64,000 nucleotides of DNA from Amphiscolops sp. MND2022. Its lineage: Eukaryota. Positions 54,975-64,000 of the stretch are shown here, piece by piece (within the stretch, counting starts at the first letter, position 1; every line of letters starts with the position of its first letter). The position numbers and the translations under genes were made by a program. Where the stretch lies: assembly GCA_964187785.1 (NCBI GenBank), contig OZ076411.1, positions 71,300,001 to 71,364,000 on the forward strand, in the 5' to 3' direction. The notes below the pieces were generated by a model, which was not told the DNA's origin, searched no databases, and saw only the letters and a program-made list of their open reading frames with translations.

Positions 54975-57900
54975 AACCCTAACAAATTCGGAACATTCAG
55001 TTTCTGCAAATTCTAAACGCACCAGCTGATTTGTATGGTAAAAAACTTTGAATGAGATTTTCAGACGATATTGCAAAGCACTCGCCGCCTTTTCACGGAA
55101 TATTGACGTGATGTCTCCGAAACACAGAAATTGGGACCAAAAAATCAAAAAAATAAGTGCAGATTTTCCTTTTTCCAATTCGTTTTTCGTTTGTGGCCCT
55201 TTTATCCCACTGATATCAACATTGGGTCAAAGCGGCCGCAGCATATTTTGAAATATGCTGAAAAGCAGAGACACGACACATGCAAAGTTTTGGCGCAAAG
55301 TCCGGAGCCAGTGCGGCTAAGCCGCACGCCAGCGGAGGACATCGCGCAAAAACCTTTGCTCGCAAGGGGTCCACGCTAGCGGGCCCCCAGACCAGCAGTT
55401 TAATAATTGATTTGAAAGCCCTGATGCTCCTCTTTCGAACGCTGCATAAATCGTTTGTCGGACTTGAATAGTTTAGGAGATATTGCGGTTTAAAGTTCAA
55501 GCACCCGATTTTTGGATGGATCCAGAATTTTCCTGGTCAACTTAGGGTTAACAAGAAAAATACTAAGATTTTCAAATTGTGCTGAGGCTATGGTTTTTAG
55601 TTGTTTTGAGTCATCAAATGAGTTTTTGCATCATTTAGGCCAAGTTTCGAACTTTTCATTTTCGTCATAACCCTAACTTGGCCACTGTGCCGAATTCGGC
55701 GCATTTAGTTTCTGCAAATTCTGAACGCACCAGATGATTTGTATGGCAAAGAAAACTCTTGAATAAGATTTTCAGACGATATTGCATAGCATTCGGCGCC
55801 TTTTCACAGAATATTGACGTGATGTCTCCGAAATCCAGAAATTAGGACCAAAAAATCAAAAAGAGTGCAGATTTTCCTTTTCCAATTCGTTTTTCGTTTG
55901 TGGCCCTTTTATCCCACCGATATCAACATTGGGTCAAAGCGGCCCCAGCATGTTTTGAAACATGCTGAAAAGCAATCAGAGACACGACACGTGCAAAGTT
56001 TTGGCGCAAAGTCCGGAACCAGTGCGGCTACGCCGCACGCCAGCGGAGGACATCGCGCAAAAACCTTTGCTCGCAAGGGGTCCACGCTAGCGGGCCCCCG
56101 ACCAGCAGTTTAATCATTGAATTGAAAGCCCTGATGCTCCTCTTTCGAACGCTGCATAAATCGTTTGTCGGACTTGAATAGTTTAGGAGATATTGCGGTT
56201 TAAAGTTCAAGCACCCGATTTTTGGATGGATCCAGAATTTTCCTGGTCAACTTAGGGTTAACAAGAAAAATACTATGATTTTCAAATTGTGCTGAGGCTA
56301 TGGTTTTTAGTTGTTTTGAGTCATCAAATGAGTTTTTGCATCATTTAGGCCAAGTTTCGAGCTTTTCATTTTCGTCATAACCCTAACTTGGCCACTGTGC
56401 TGAATTCGGCGCATTTAGTTTCTGCAAATTCTAAACGCACCAGATGATTTGTATGGCAAAGAAAACTCTTGAATAAGATTTTCAGACGATATTGCATAGC
56501 ATTCGGCGCCTTTTCACAGAATATTGACGTGATGCCTCCGAAATCCGGAAATTAGGACCAAAAAATCAAAAAGAGTGCAGATTTTACTTTTCCAATTCGT
56601 TTTTCGTTTGTGGCCCTTTTATCCCACTGATATCAACATTATGGTCAAAGCGGCCCCAGCATGTTTTGAAACATGCTGAAAAGCAATCAGAGACACGACA
56701 CGTGCAAAGTTTTGGCGCAAAGTCCGGAGCCAGTGCGGCTAAGCCGGACGCCAGCGGAGGACATCGCGCAAAAACCTTTGCTCGCAAGGGGTCCACGCCA
56801 GCAGGCCCCCAGACCAGCAGTTTAATAATTGAATTGAAAGCCCTGATGCTCCTCTTTCGAACGCTGCATAAATCGTTTGTCGGACTTGAATAGTTTAGGA
56901 GATATTGCGGTTTAAAGTTCAAGCACCCGATTTTTGGATGGATCCAGAATTTTCCTGGTCAACTTAGGGTTAACAAGAAAAATACTAAGATTTTCAAATT
57001 GTGCTGAGGCTATGGTTTTTAGTTGTTTTGAGTCATCAAATGAGTTTTTGCATCATTTAGGCCAAGTTTCGAGCTTTTCATTTTCGTCATAACCCTAACT
57101 TGGCCACTGTGCCGAATTCGGCGCATTTAGTTTCTGCAAATTCTAAACGCACCAGATGATTTGTATGGCAAAGAAAACTCTTGAATAAGATTTTGAGACG
57201 ATATTGCATAGCATTCGGCGCCTTTTCACAGAATATTGATGTGATGTCTCCGAAATCCAGAAATTAGGACCAAAAAATCAAAAAGAGGGCAGATTTTCCT
57301 TTTCCAATTCGTTTTTCGTTTGTGGCCCTTTTATACCACTGATATCAACATTGGGTCAAAGCGGCCCCAGCATGTTTTGAAACATGCTGAAAAGCAATCA
57401 GAGACACGACACGTGCAAAGTTTTGGCGCAAAGTCCGGAGCCAGTGCGGCTAAGCCGCACGCCAGCGGAGGACATCGCGCAAAAACCTTCGCTCGCAAGG
57501 GGTCCACGCTAGCGGGCCCCCAGACCAGCAGTTTAATAATTGATTTGAAAGCCCTGATGCTCCTCTTTCGAACGCTGCATAAATCGTTTGTCGGACTTGA
57601 ATAGTTTAGGAGATATTGCGGTTTAAAGTTCAAGCACCCGATTTTTGGATGGATCCAGAATTTTCCTGGTCAACTTAGGGTTAACAAGAAAAATACTAAG
57701 ATTTTCAAATTGTGCTGAGGCTATGGTTTTTAGTTGTTTTGAGTCATCAAATGAGTTTTTGCATCATTTATGCCAAGTTTCGAGCTTTTCATTTTCGTCA
57801 TAACCCTAACTTGGCCACTGTGCCGAATTCGGCGCATTTAGTTTCTGCAAATTCTAAACGCACCAGATGACTTGTTTGGTAAAGAAAACTCTTGAATAAG

Positions 57901-58137
57901 ATTTTCAGACGATATTGCATAGCATTCGGCGTCTTTTCACGGAATATTGACGTGATGTCTCCGAAATACAGAAATTGGGACCAAAAAATCAAAAAAAAAT
58001 AAGTGCGGATTTTCCTTTTTCCAATTCGTTTTTCGTTTGTGGCCCTTTTATCCCACTGATATCGACATTGGACCAAAGTGCCCTCAGCATGTTTTGAAAC
58101 ATGCTGAAAAGCAATCAGAGACACGACACGTGCAAAT
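54975..58137. repeat. Tandem array, ~710-bp unit, ~4.4 copies
   Basis: Marker TTTCTGCAAATTCT at 55001, 55709, 56419, 57131 and 57842 (spacing 708-712); units are near-identical. Confidence 0.97.
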
Positions 58138-58154
58138 TTTTTCAGCTCAATGGA

Positions 58155-58404
58155 TGTTAGGTGTTGACGCTCAAGATGTCAAGACCAACTTTTCTAAACC
58201 AATACTTGATTAATTTGCAATCGCACAAAATGAAGACGTGATATTGTGAATGAAATTATATTTAGTTAAACTTGATCACGCTTTTTCAGTTGTTTGTAAA
58301 TTTTCGTCACTGCAAGTTCAATACTGAATGAAACTTTCATGCTGAGATTAAATTCAATTTTTCTTTTGTAAACCAATTTACAAAGTCAACGCTATCCAGC
58401 AACA
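58155..58404 (+). mobile_element. Probable 5' LTR of BEL/Pao element
   Basis: TGTTAG..CAACA, immediately followed by a primer-binding site. The partner LTR is not inside the window. Confidence 0.65.
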
Positions 58405-58408
58405 TTAT

Positions 58409-58421
58409 TGGTGCCGCGACC
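58409..58421 (+). promoter_or_regulatory. Primer-binding site (TGGTGCCGCGACC)
   Basis: TGG-initiated, BEL-type PBS 4 nt after the LTR end. Confidence 0.7.
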
Positions 58422-58466
58422 CGGGAATCGACTCAGAAAAACGATTACTGTTCGAAATCGATCAAG

Positions 58467-59258
58467 ATGTCACTTGAAACTAAAACTATAGAGCAACTGC
58501 GTAGATCAAGGTCCGCAATTTCGGGCATTATAACAAAAAATGCCATCAAAATCAATGCTATTGCAGACAAAGCACCTGTCAACGTAACAAATGAAGACCT
58601 AGCAACCCTCAGAGCATTGCTTGAAGTGATGCAAGCGAAATTGACTTTCGCCCTACAACTCAACAGTCATCCTTGATAAATCAGAAGAAAGTGACGATGC
58701 GTTTGATATTGAATTCCAAGCAGGAAATGAATTTGAAGTGAAACTTCAGACCCAAATAAAAGAAATTGAAGGTCTCATCGACAGATCAACAGCCCAACCG
58801 AATGATTCTCACTTTCCACAGCCAACAACCAGTAGAACAATGGGAGTCAAAATGCCAAAGTTTGACATACCGAAGTTTTCGGGGCGATACAAGGACTGGA
58901 TTCCCTTCTATGATCAATTCATAGCAGCTGTCGACCAAAACGACACAATACCCGATATACAGAAATTGAACTATTTGAAGGCGTCTTTAAAGGACGAAGC
59001 AGCAACACTATTGGCTCATTTGCCATTGACAGCATCCAATTACCAGGTTGGCATTAAATTACTTGAAAATCAGTATTCGAACAAACGATTGATTCTAAAG
59101 GCTCATATGGAGCAATTCATCAAGCACCAAGCCTACGCACTGAATCTGCAGAAGGTTTGAGGCGTCTACAACTAACGCTGGACGAAAATTTGATGGCTAT
59201 GGAGGCCATGAAGATTGACACTTCACTCAATTGTTTCTATTGGGTACATATTATCTCT
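58467..59258 (+). pseudogene. BEL/Pao gag (DUF1759-like), disrupted and 3'-truncated
   Basis: KMPKFDIPKFSG..WIPFYDQF..IQKLNYLKASLK.EA..NY..LLE; contains stops and frameshifts. Confidence 0.85.
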
Positions 59259-59271
59259 GGGTCATAATTAG

Positions 59272-59915
59272 TGATAGAAAACATTTTTCTCACAAGATAA
59301 TATTGGACCCTTCAATACCCAGCTGACGAAAGACTCGATCGTGGAAGTCATAGCGAACAATCTACTTGATGCAGCACCGCGTTTGGCTATCATGAACAAT
59401 TTCCTGCCGATGGGAGTTAGAGAAACAGATATGTCCCCGCCCTCTTCTACGTGACCATCAGTGAACCAACGTCCAACGCCAATAATTGCTGAGGAATGAG
59501 CGCCTTTGACATGACTAGGTGCAGTGTAGAAGCTCAGTCCTGTCATATCTAATGAACTAGCAAAGGATGTGGAGAAATCTTCAACTGGGTTATTTTTTTT
59601 GTTTCCCTTGTGGCATTATTATATTTGAATTTTCGGAAGATTGCAGCTAATTGGCGCTTATTGGTGCATTTTTGGACAACTCGCAAAAATCCTTCATCAA
59701 ATTTAAATAGACGCTGATTGCGGACAACAATTGGTTGGCAAATCCAGACATCATCAAAAATATCTAAACTACTATTATGCGCCTCCTCTTTGATCGAATT
59801 CCAATCAAAGCAATTAGTGCCATCTATTGTTGCAAGCGAATTCCAACCCAAATCTTTCATTACCTCGCTAGAACTGCACAGTTGAATCAATGAATCCAAA
59901 TCTGACATTGCTGAT
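59272..59915 (-). pseudogene. Displaced N-terminal fragment of a JmjC-like gene, antisense within the BEL element
   Basis: ttctcttccag acceptor (AG at 59917-59916), then ORFs 59908-59549 and 59546-59268, which join if one A is added to the A8 run at 59593-59600. Motif SAIIGVGRWFTDGHVEEGG..GRKLFMI; ends at CEKNVFYH. Confidence 0.65.
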
Positions 59916-59993
59916 CTGGAAGAGAATTATATCATTAATCTAGAAGAAGTACCACTTAATGAAATAGACAAAGATCCATCTCAACTGTATTAT

Positions 59994-62978
59994 TTGCCAC
60001 ATCATTGCGTTTTCAAGGAGGAATCAACGACAACCAAATTAAAAGTTGTTTTCGATGGCTCAGCGAAAACGAGCACCGGGCAGTCCTTGAATGAATCTTT
60101 GATGGTGGGTGCAAAACGTCAGCCAGACTTGTACTCGACACTTCTGCGTTTTAGACTACACAAGGTGGCTTTATCCGGTGACATTGCCAAGATGTATCGT
60201 CAAATTGCATTAGCCGATGAAGATAAAGACTTTCATCGCATTTTGTGGCGGGATAGTCCTTCCGAACCACTAAAACATCTGCGAATGACGAGGGTCACTT
60301 ATGGCATCGCGTCATCTTCCTTTCATTCGATACGATGTCTCCAGGAAGTGGGAAAGAAGTCTACCGATGAAGAAGTCCAATTGGCCATTTTCAATGATTT
60401 CTACGTCGATGATTTCATTGGAGGTGCACCAGATAAAGACACAGCATCATCTTTAGTACATCAATTGATTGCCGCATTGAAGAAGCATGGATTTGAACTA
60501 CGCAAATGGACAAGCAGTGACTCATCGATAACGCTCTCCCCACCTGAAAAATTACGCGAAACAGAAAAATCAAAAATTCTTGATGAAGACTACCATATAA
60601 AGACACTAGGTATCCGTTGGAACCCCAACCCTGATACTTTCACATTCAATGTGACTCTGGATGCTATCAAACAACATACGAAGAGAACTTTGTTATCAGA
60701 CGTATCGAAACTCTTCGATCCTAGTGGATGGCTTGGTCCTGTAATTATTCGCTTTAAAGGTCTGCTTCAAAAACTTTGGATTCTCGGAATTGATTGGGAC
60801 TCTGAATTGCCATTTGACATCAAAGAAGAGTGGCTATCAGCGCGAACCAGCTTAAAACAACTCGAAGGTTTTCACATTCCACGCTGTGTTTTGCCTGATG
60901 GCGAAATTGAAGACTTTCAACTACATCTTTTCACAGATGCAAGTGAAAAGGCTTACTCTGCGAACGTGTATAGCAGAATCAAATCTAAGGATGGTTCAGT
61001 TTCAACGAGACTTCTGGTTGCAAAGACACGTGTGGCACCTGTGAAAACAGTCAGTTTGCCTCGATTGGAGTTATGTGGAGCACAACTGGGAACCAAATTG
61101 ATGAGTATCGTCATTGAATCTCTACAGTCCTCGAAATTAACCATCAATTCTACACATGCATGGACAGATTCGACAATCGTGTTACAATGGCTGAATCAAC
61201 TACCACGCACATGGACAACATTCGTTGCAAACAGAGTGTCCGAGATTCAAGAATCAATGCCTAGAGCAAAATGGAACCACATTCCGTCGCAACAAAATCC
61301 AGCTGATCTATCTTCTCGTGGAATGGAGGTAAAGGATTTCAAATCTTCAAACCTCTGGTGGCAAGGTCCTGAGTTTCTCGGAGTTAATGAAAATCAATGG
61401 CCAAAGCAACCGATGCTTTCTGGAACTCCGCCAGAAATTCGATCGAAGGAATCTGATATGAAGCAAACAACTGGAGTTGTGGATACGGAAAATCATTCGA
61501 GCGATTTTATTCCCATAGAATGTTATTCCAGTTTCAACAAACTATTGCGAATAATGGCCACTGTTCATGTAGCTAGTCAACATATGAGAAAACACAAACG
61601 CTCAAATTTCATCACAGTAAGTGACCTTTCACGAGCAAAGAATGGAATAATCAGATGCCACCAAATAGCGTACTACACGAAAGAGCGTACATTATTGCAA
61701 AACGATTTGCCGTCGCCAAAAGACAGCAAAATTTTGAACTTGACCCCGTTTTATGACGAAGAAACAGGAACATTGCGAGTTGGAGGACGTTTATCTCAAG
61801 GACAATTCAGAGAAAGCAAAAAGTTTCCATTTTTGATTGCTAAAGATTCACGGCTGGCATTTTTGATCCTACAGCATTTCCATGAAGCGACCCTTCATGG
61901 CGGGGGCCTGCTGACTTTGAATGCAAGTCGCGAAGAGTATTGGGTCCCTGGTGGTAGAGAACTCATCAAGAAAATCATCAAACAGTGCGTCAAGTGTAGC
62001 CGTTTTGAAAACAAAGTTCCATATCAACTCATGGCTGATTTACCCGCTGAAAAAATAACAGTAGCAAAACCCTTCCAAAAAACAGGTCTAGATTTTGCAG
62101 GACCAATTTCCACAAAAACATCACCAAAAACATATATCGCTTGTTTTGTTTGTTTTGTTGTGAAAGCGGTGCACATAGAGCTGGTGGGAGACCTCACGAA
62201 AGAAGCATGTATCGCTGCTATAAAACGATTCACAGCACCTCGTGGGCTTCCTGAGAAAATATTCAGTGACAATGGAAGGAATTTCATTGGAGCAAGGAAC
62301 GATATCCTAAAGGTTCAAGAATTACTCTCACTGGATTGCAGCAACGAATCTTTGGGAAGGTTTGTAACCCACGAAGGAATTGAATGGGAAACAATCCCAC
62401 CTCGTGCTCCACATTTTGGCGGATTGTGGGAGGCATCCGTAAAAAGCCTAAAACGTCACCTGCGAAAAACAGTCGGTTTACAGATTCTTTCCTTCGAAGA
62501 ACTGAACACAGTAGTCACAGAGATTGAATCAATTCTTAACTCGAGACCACTAGCAGCAATGTCGAATGACCCCAACGATTTACAATCAATCACCCCAGCG
62601 CATTTTTTGCTAGGAAGAGCAGCGTCTGACATTCCCAACATGACGAACAACATGGACAAAAACATATCGTTGTCTCAAAGATTCAAGCTGCTGGAACGGA
62701 TTAAACGATCTTTTTGGAAATCATGGCATCGTGATTATCTTGTGACACTTCAAGTGCGTAAACGATGGCTCCACTCAGGTCCCAAGTTTTCAGAAGGTGA
62801 CTTAGTCCTGATTGCTGAAGACAATTTACCACCGCTGAAATGGCAGTTGGCGAGAATTGAAAAATTATACTGTGCAAATGACGAAATCAACAGAGTTGCG
62901 AAGTTGAAAGTTGGCACTGGATTCCTGATTCGACCTATAGTGAAACTTCGGAAGCTTCCTGTGGAAAGCATGCATTGA
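59994..62978 (+). CDS. BEL/Pao pol (RT C-terminal part, RNase H, integrase), uninterrupted 994 aa, lacking protease and RT N-terminus
   Basis: YLPHH..KVVFDGS, DIAKMYRQI, FYVDDF, LFDPSGW, LHLFTDAS, WTDSTIVL.W, H..TLHGG..CVKC, GLDFAGP, SDNGRNF, PHFGGLWE. Confidence 0.95.
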   Translation: MPHHCVFKEESTTTKLKVVFDGSAKTSTGQSLNESLMVGAKRQPDLYSTLLRFRLHKVALSGDIAKMYRQIALADEDKDFHRILWRDSPSEPLKHLRMTRVTYGIASSSFHSIRCLQEVGKKSTDEEVQLAIFNDFYVDDFIGGAPDKDTASSLVHQLIAALKKHGFELRKWTSSDSSITLSPPEKLRETEKSKILDEDYHIKTLGIRWNPNPDTFTFNVTLDAIKQHTKRTLLSDVSKLFDPSGWLGPVIIRFKGLLQKLWILGIDWDSELPFDIKEEWLSARTSLKQLEGFHIPRCVLPDGEIEDFQLHLFTDASEKAYSANVYSRIKSKDGSVSTRLLVAKTRVAPVKTVSLPRLELCGAQLGTKLMSIVIESLQSSKLTINSTHAWTDSTIVLQWLNQLPRTWTTFVANRVSEIQESMPRAKWNHIPSQQNPADLSSRGMEVKDFKSSNLWWQGPEFLGVNENQWPKQPMLSGTPPEIRSKESDMKQTTGVVDTENHSSDFIPIECYSSFNKLLRIMATVHVASQHMRKHKRSNFITVSDLSRAKNGIIRCHQIAYYTKERTLLQNDLPSPKDSKILNLTPFYDEETGTLRVGGRLSQGQFRESKKFPFLIAKDSRLAFLILQHFHEATLHGGGLLTLNASREEYWVPGGRELIKKIIKQCVKCSRFENKVPYQLMADLPAEKITVAKPFQKTGLDFAGPISTKTSPKTYIACFVCFVVKAVHIELVGDLTKEACIAAIKRFTAPRGLPEKIFSDNGRNFIGARNDILKVQELLSLDCSNESLGRFVTHEGIEWETIPPRAPHFGGLWEASVKSLKRHLRKTVGLQILSFEELNTVVTEIESILNSRPLAAMSNDPNDLQSITPAHFLLGRAASDIPNMTNNMDKNISLSQRFKLLERIKRSFWKSWHRDYLVTLQVRKRWLHSGPKFSEGDLVLIAEDNLPPLKWQLARIEKLYCANDEINRVAKLKVGTGFLIRPIVKLRKLPVESMH

Positions 62979-63380
62979 TTCCAGTCAATGAATGGAGAAC
63001 CCACTCTTATTCAGAATTGAAAACAATCATTGAAAAAAAATACCTATTATTTCTACCCCAGACAACCCCAAAAAAAATCATTGTTTTCAAAAGAAATTCT
63101 AAAAAATCGAACCGAACAATTAAAGTACTGACGATTGCCGAGCCTACGAGCATATTGGAAGCAATTTATCTGCAGCCATCAAAATTACCAAATTTTTTGA
63201 AATTCACCCCTTTCAATTGGCACTGAGATTATCAATTAATATCTGACAGTTTTATTACTGAAAAAGACACTCTTTTCTGCAAATTGCCTCTGGATCATCT
63301 CTGCGGGAAAGAACGCCTTCTTATCGTACAGCAGAGAGATAGAGAAGAAGGAAAACCGGTGATAGAGCATTACTCACTTG

Positions 63381-63496
63381 TTAAATTACAGCGACTAGTC
63401 TTTTTTCCTTTGGGTCTTTACCAGTCACAGACGCTGATTTTATATTTTTAGCATTCAGCTTTTTGTTCGGTGAAAGCAATCTGTATGCCACATATT
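63381..63496 (-). CDS. Putative terminal exon of antisense JmjC-like gene
   Basis: ttgcag|AA YVAYRLLSPNKK..KRLVAVI TAA; phase-compatible with the upstream donor via a 72-nt intron. Confidence 0.5.
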
Positions 63497-63568
63497 CTGC
63501 AATTAAGTGAATGTATTACTTCAATCGATTGAACACTTCAGACTGACCTAAACTACTCAACCACTAAC

Positions 63569-64000
63569 CTTTTCTTTGCTGCTGCCGTTCCTGAAATTGC
63601 ATGCGTACATCTTTCAAATTATTCAACTTTCTCTGTTTTTTCGAAACAGATGGCCGGCCTCTATTAGATGGACTCTTTTTGGAGAATTTCCTGTTCGACA
63701 TTGACACCAATTGTCCGATTGCCTCTGTTTTGGAATTTTTAGCAGTTGCAAGAGCTTCAGAACACTTTTGAGGATTTGATTTCTTCAAACCTACTCTCAG
63801 GACTTCATTACAAATGCCAGGGCAATATTTGGTGACTAACTGGGATTTTAAATGCCTGTCCGTAACATCGTTAGCTTCCCAACCACTAACAAGAAAGGAT
63901 CCAGTTGAAATAGTCAGGACTGAATGAGCGCACAAAGATGGTTGAATTATCATATCAAAGACATCAGTGATGTGATAGAAAACATTTTTCTCACAAGGTA
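63569..64000 (-). CDS. Exon of antisense JmjC-like gene, C-terminal half (continues beyond window)
   Basis: Open to the window edge: PCEKNVFYHITDVFDMIIQPSLCAHSVLT.. followed by a basic tail, ending AAA G|gttagt. Confidence 0.65.

Noticed and set aside
55048-58124. Repeated 60-110 aa ORFs in the 710-bp array
   Set aside because: They are open on both strands, have variable boundaries between units, and show no recognisable domain.

Overview
AT-rich, transposon-dense animal genomic DNA; no prokaryotic features and no CRISPR. Two host genes are supported. One is a complete 10-exon COP9 signalosome subunit 2 gene (CSN2/COPS2, minus strand, 54209 to 34959, 446 aa by my exon assembly). The other is an intronless RING/B-box/coiled-coil (TRIM-like) gene (29364-30455). 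The remainder is BEL/Pao and Gypsy LTR remnants, a LINE tail, hAT and pogo/Tigger DNA transposons, several MITEs with clear target-site duplications (TSDs), about ten copies of a Helentron/DINE-like interspersed element, tRNA-derived cassettes, mini/microsatellites and a ~710-bp tandem array. There are two stand-out observations. (1) The BEL/Pao element at 58155 to beyond 64000 appears to carry, antisense to pol, a spliced gene whose reconstructed protein has JmjC-like 2OG/Fe(II) dioxygenase motifs (TDGHVE..GRKLF..HSVLT); its N-terminal part is also found replacing the gag-protease region. (2) CSN2 intron 7 is exactly one hAT-derived transposon plus one copy of its 8-bp TSD, with a GC donor, i.e. 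an Introner-type intron gain. The host taxon cannot be determined from the sequence; a marine invertebrate such as an acoel is only a guess. All family assignments come from motif recognition, not database searches.
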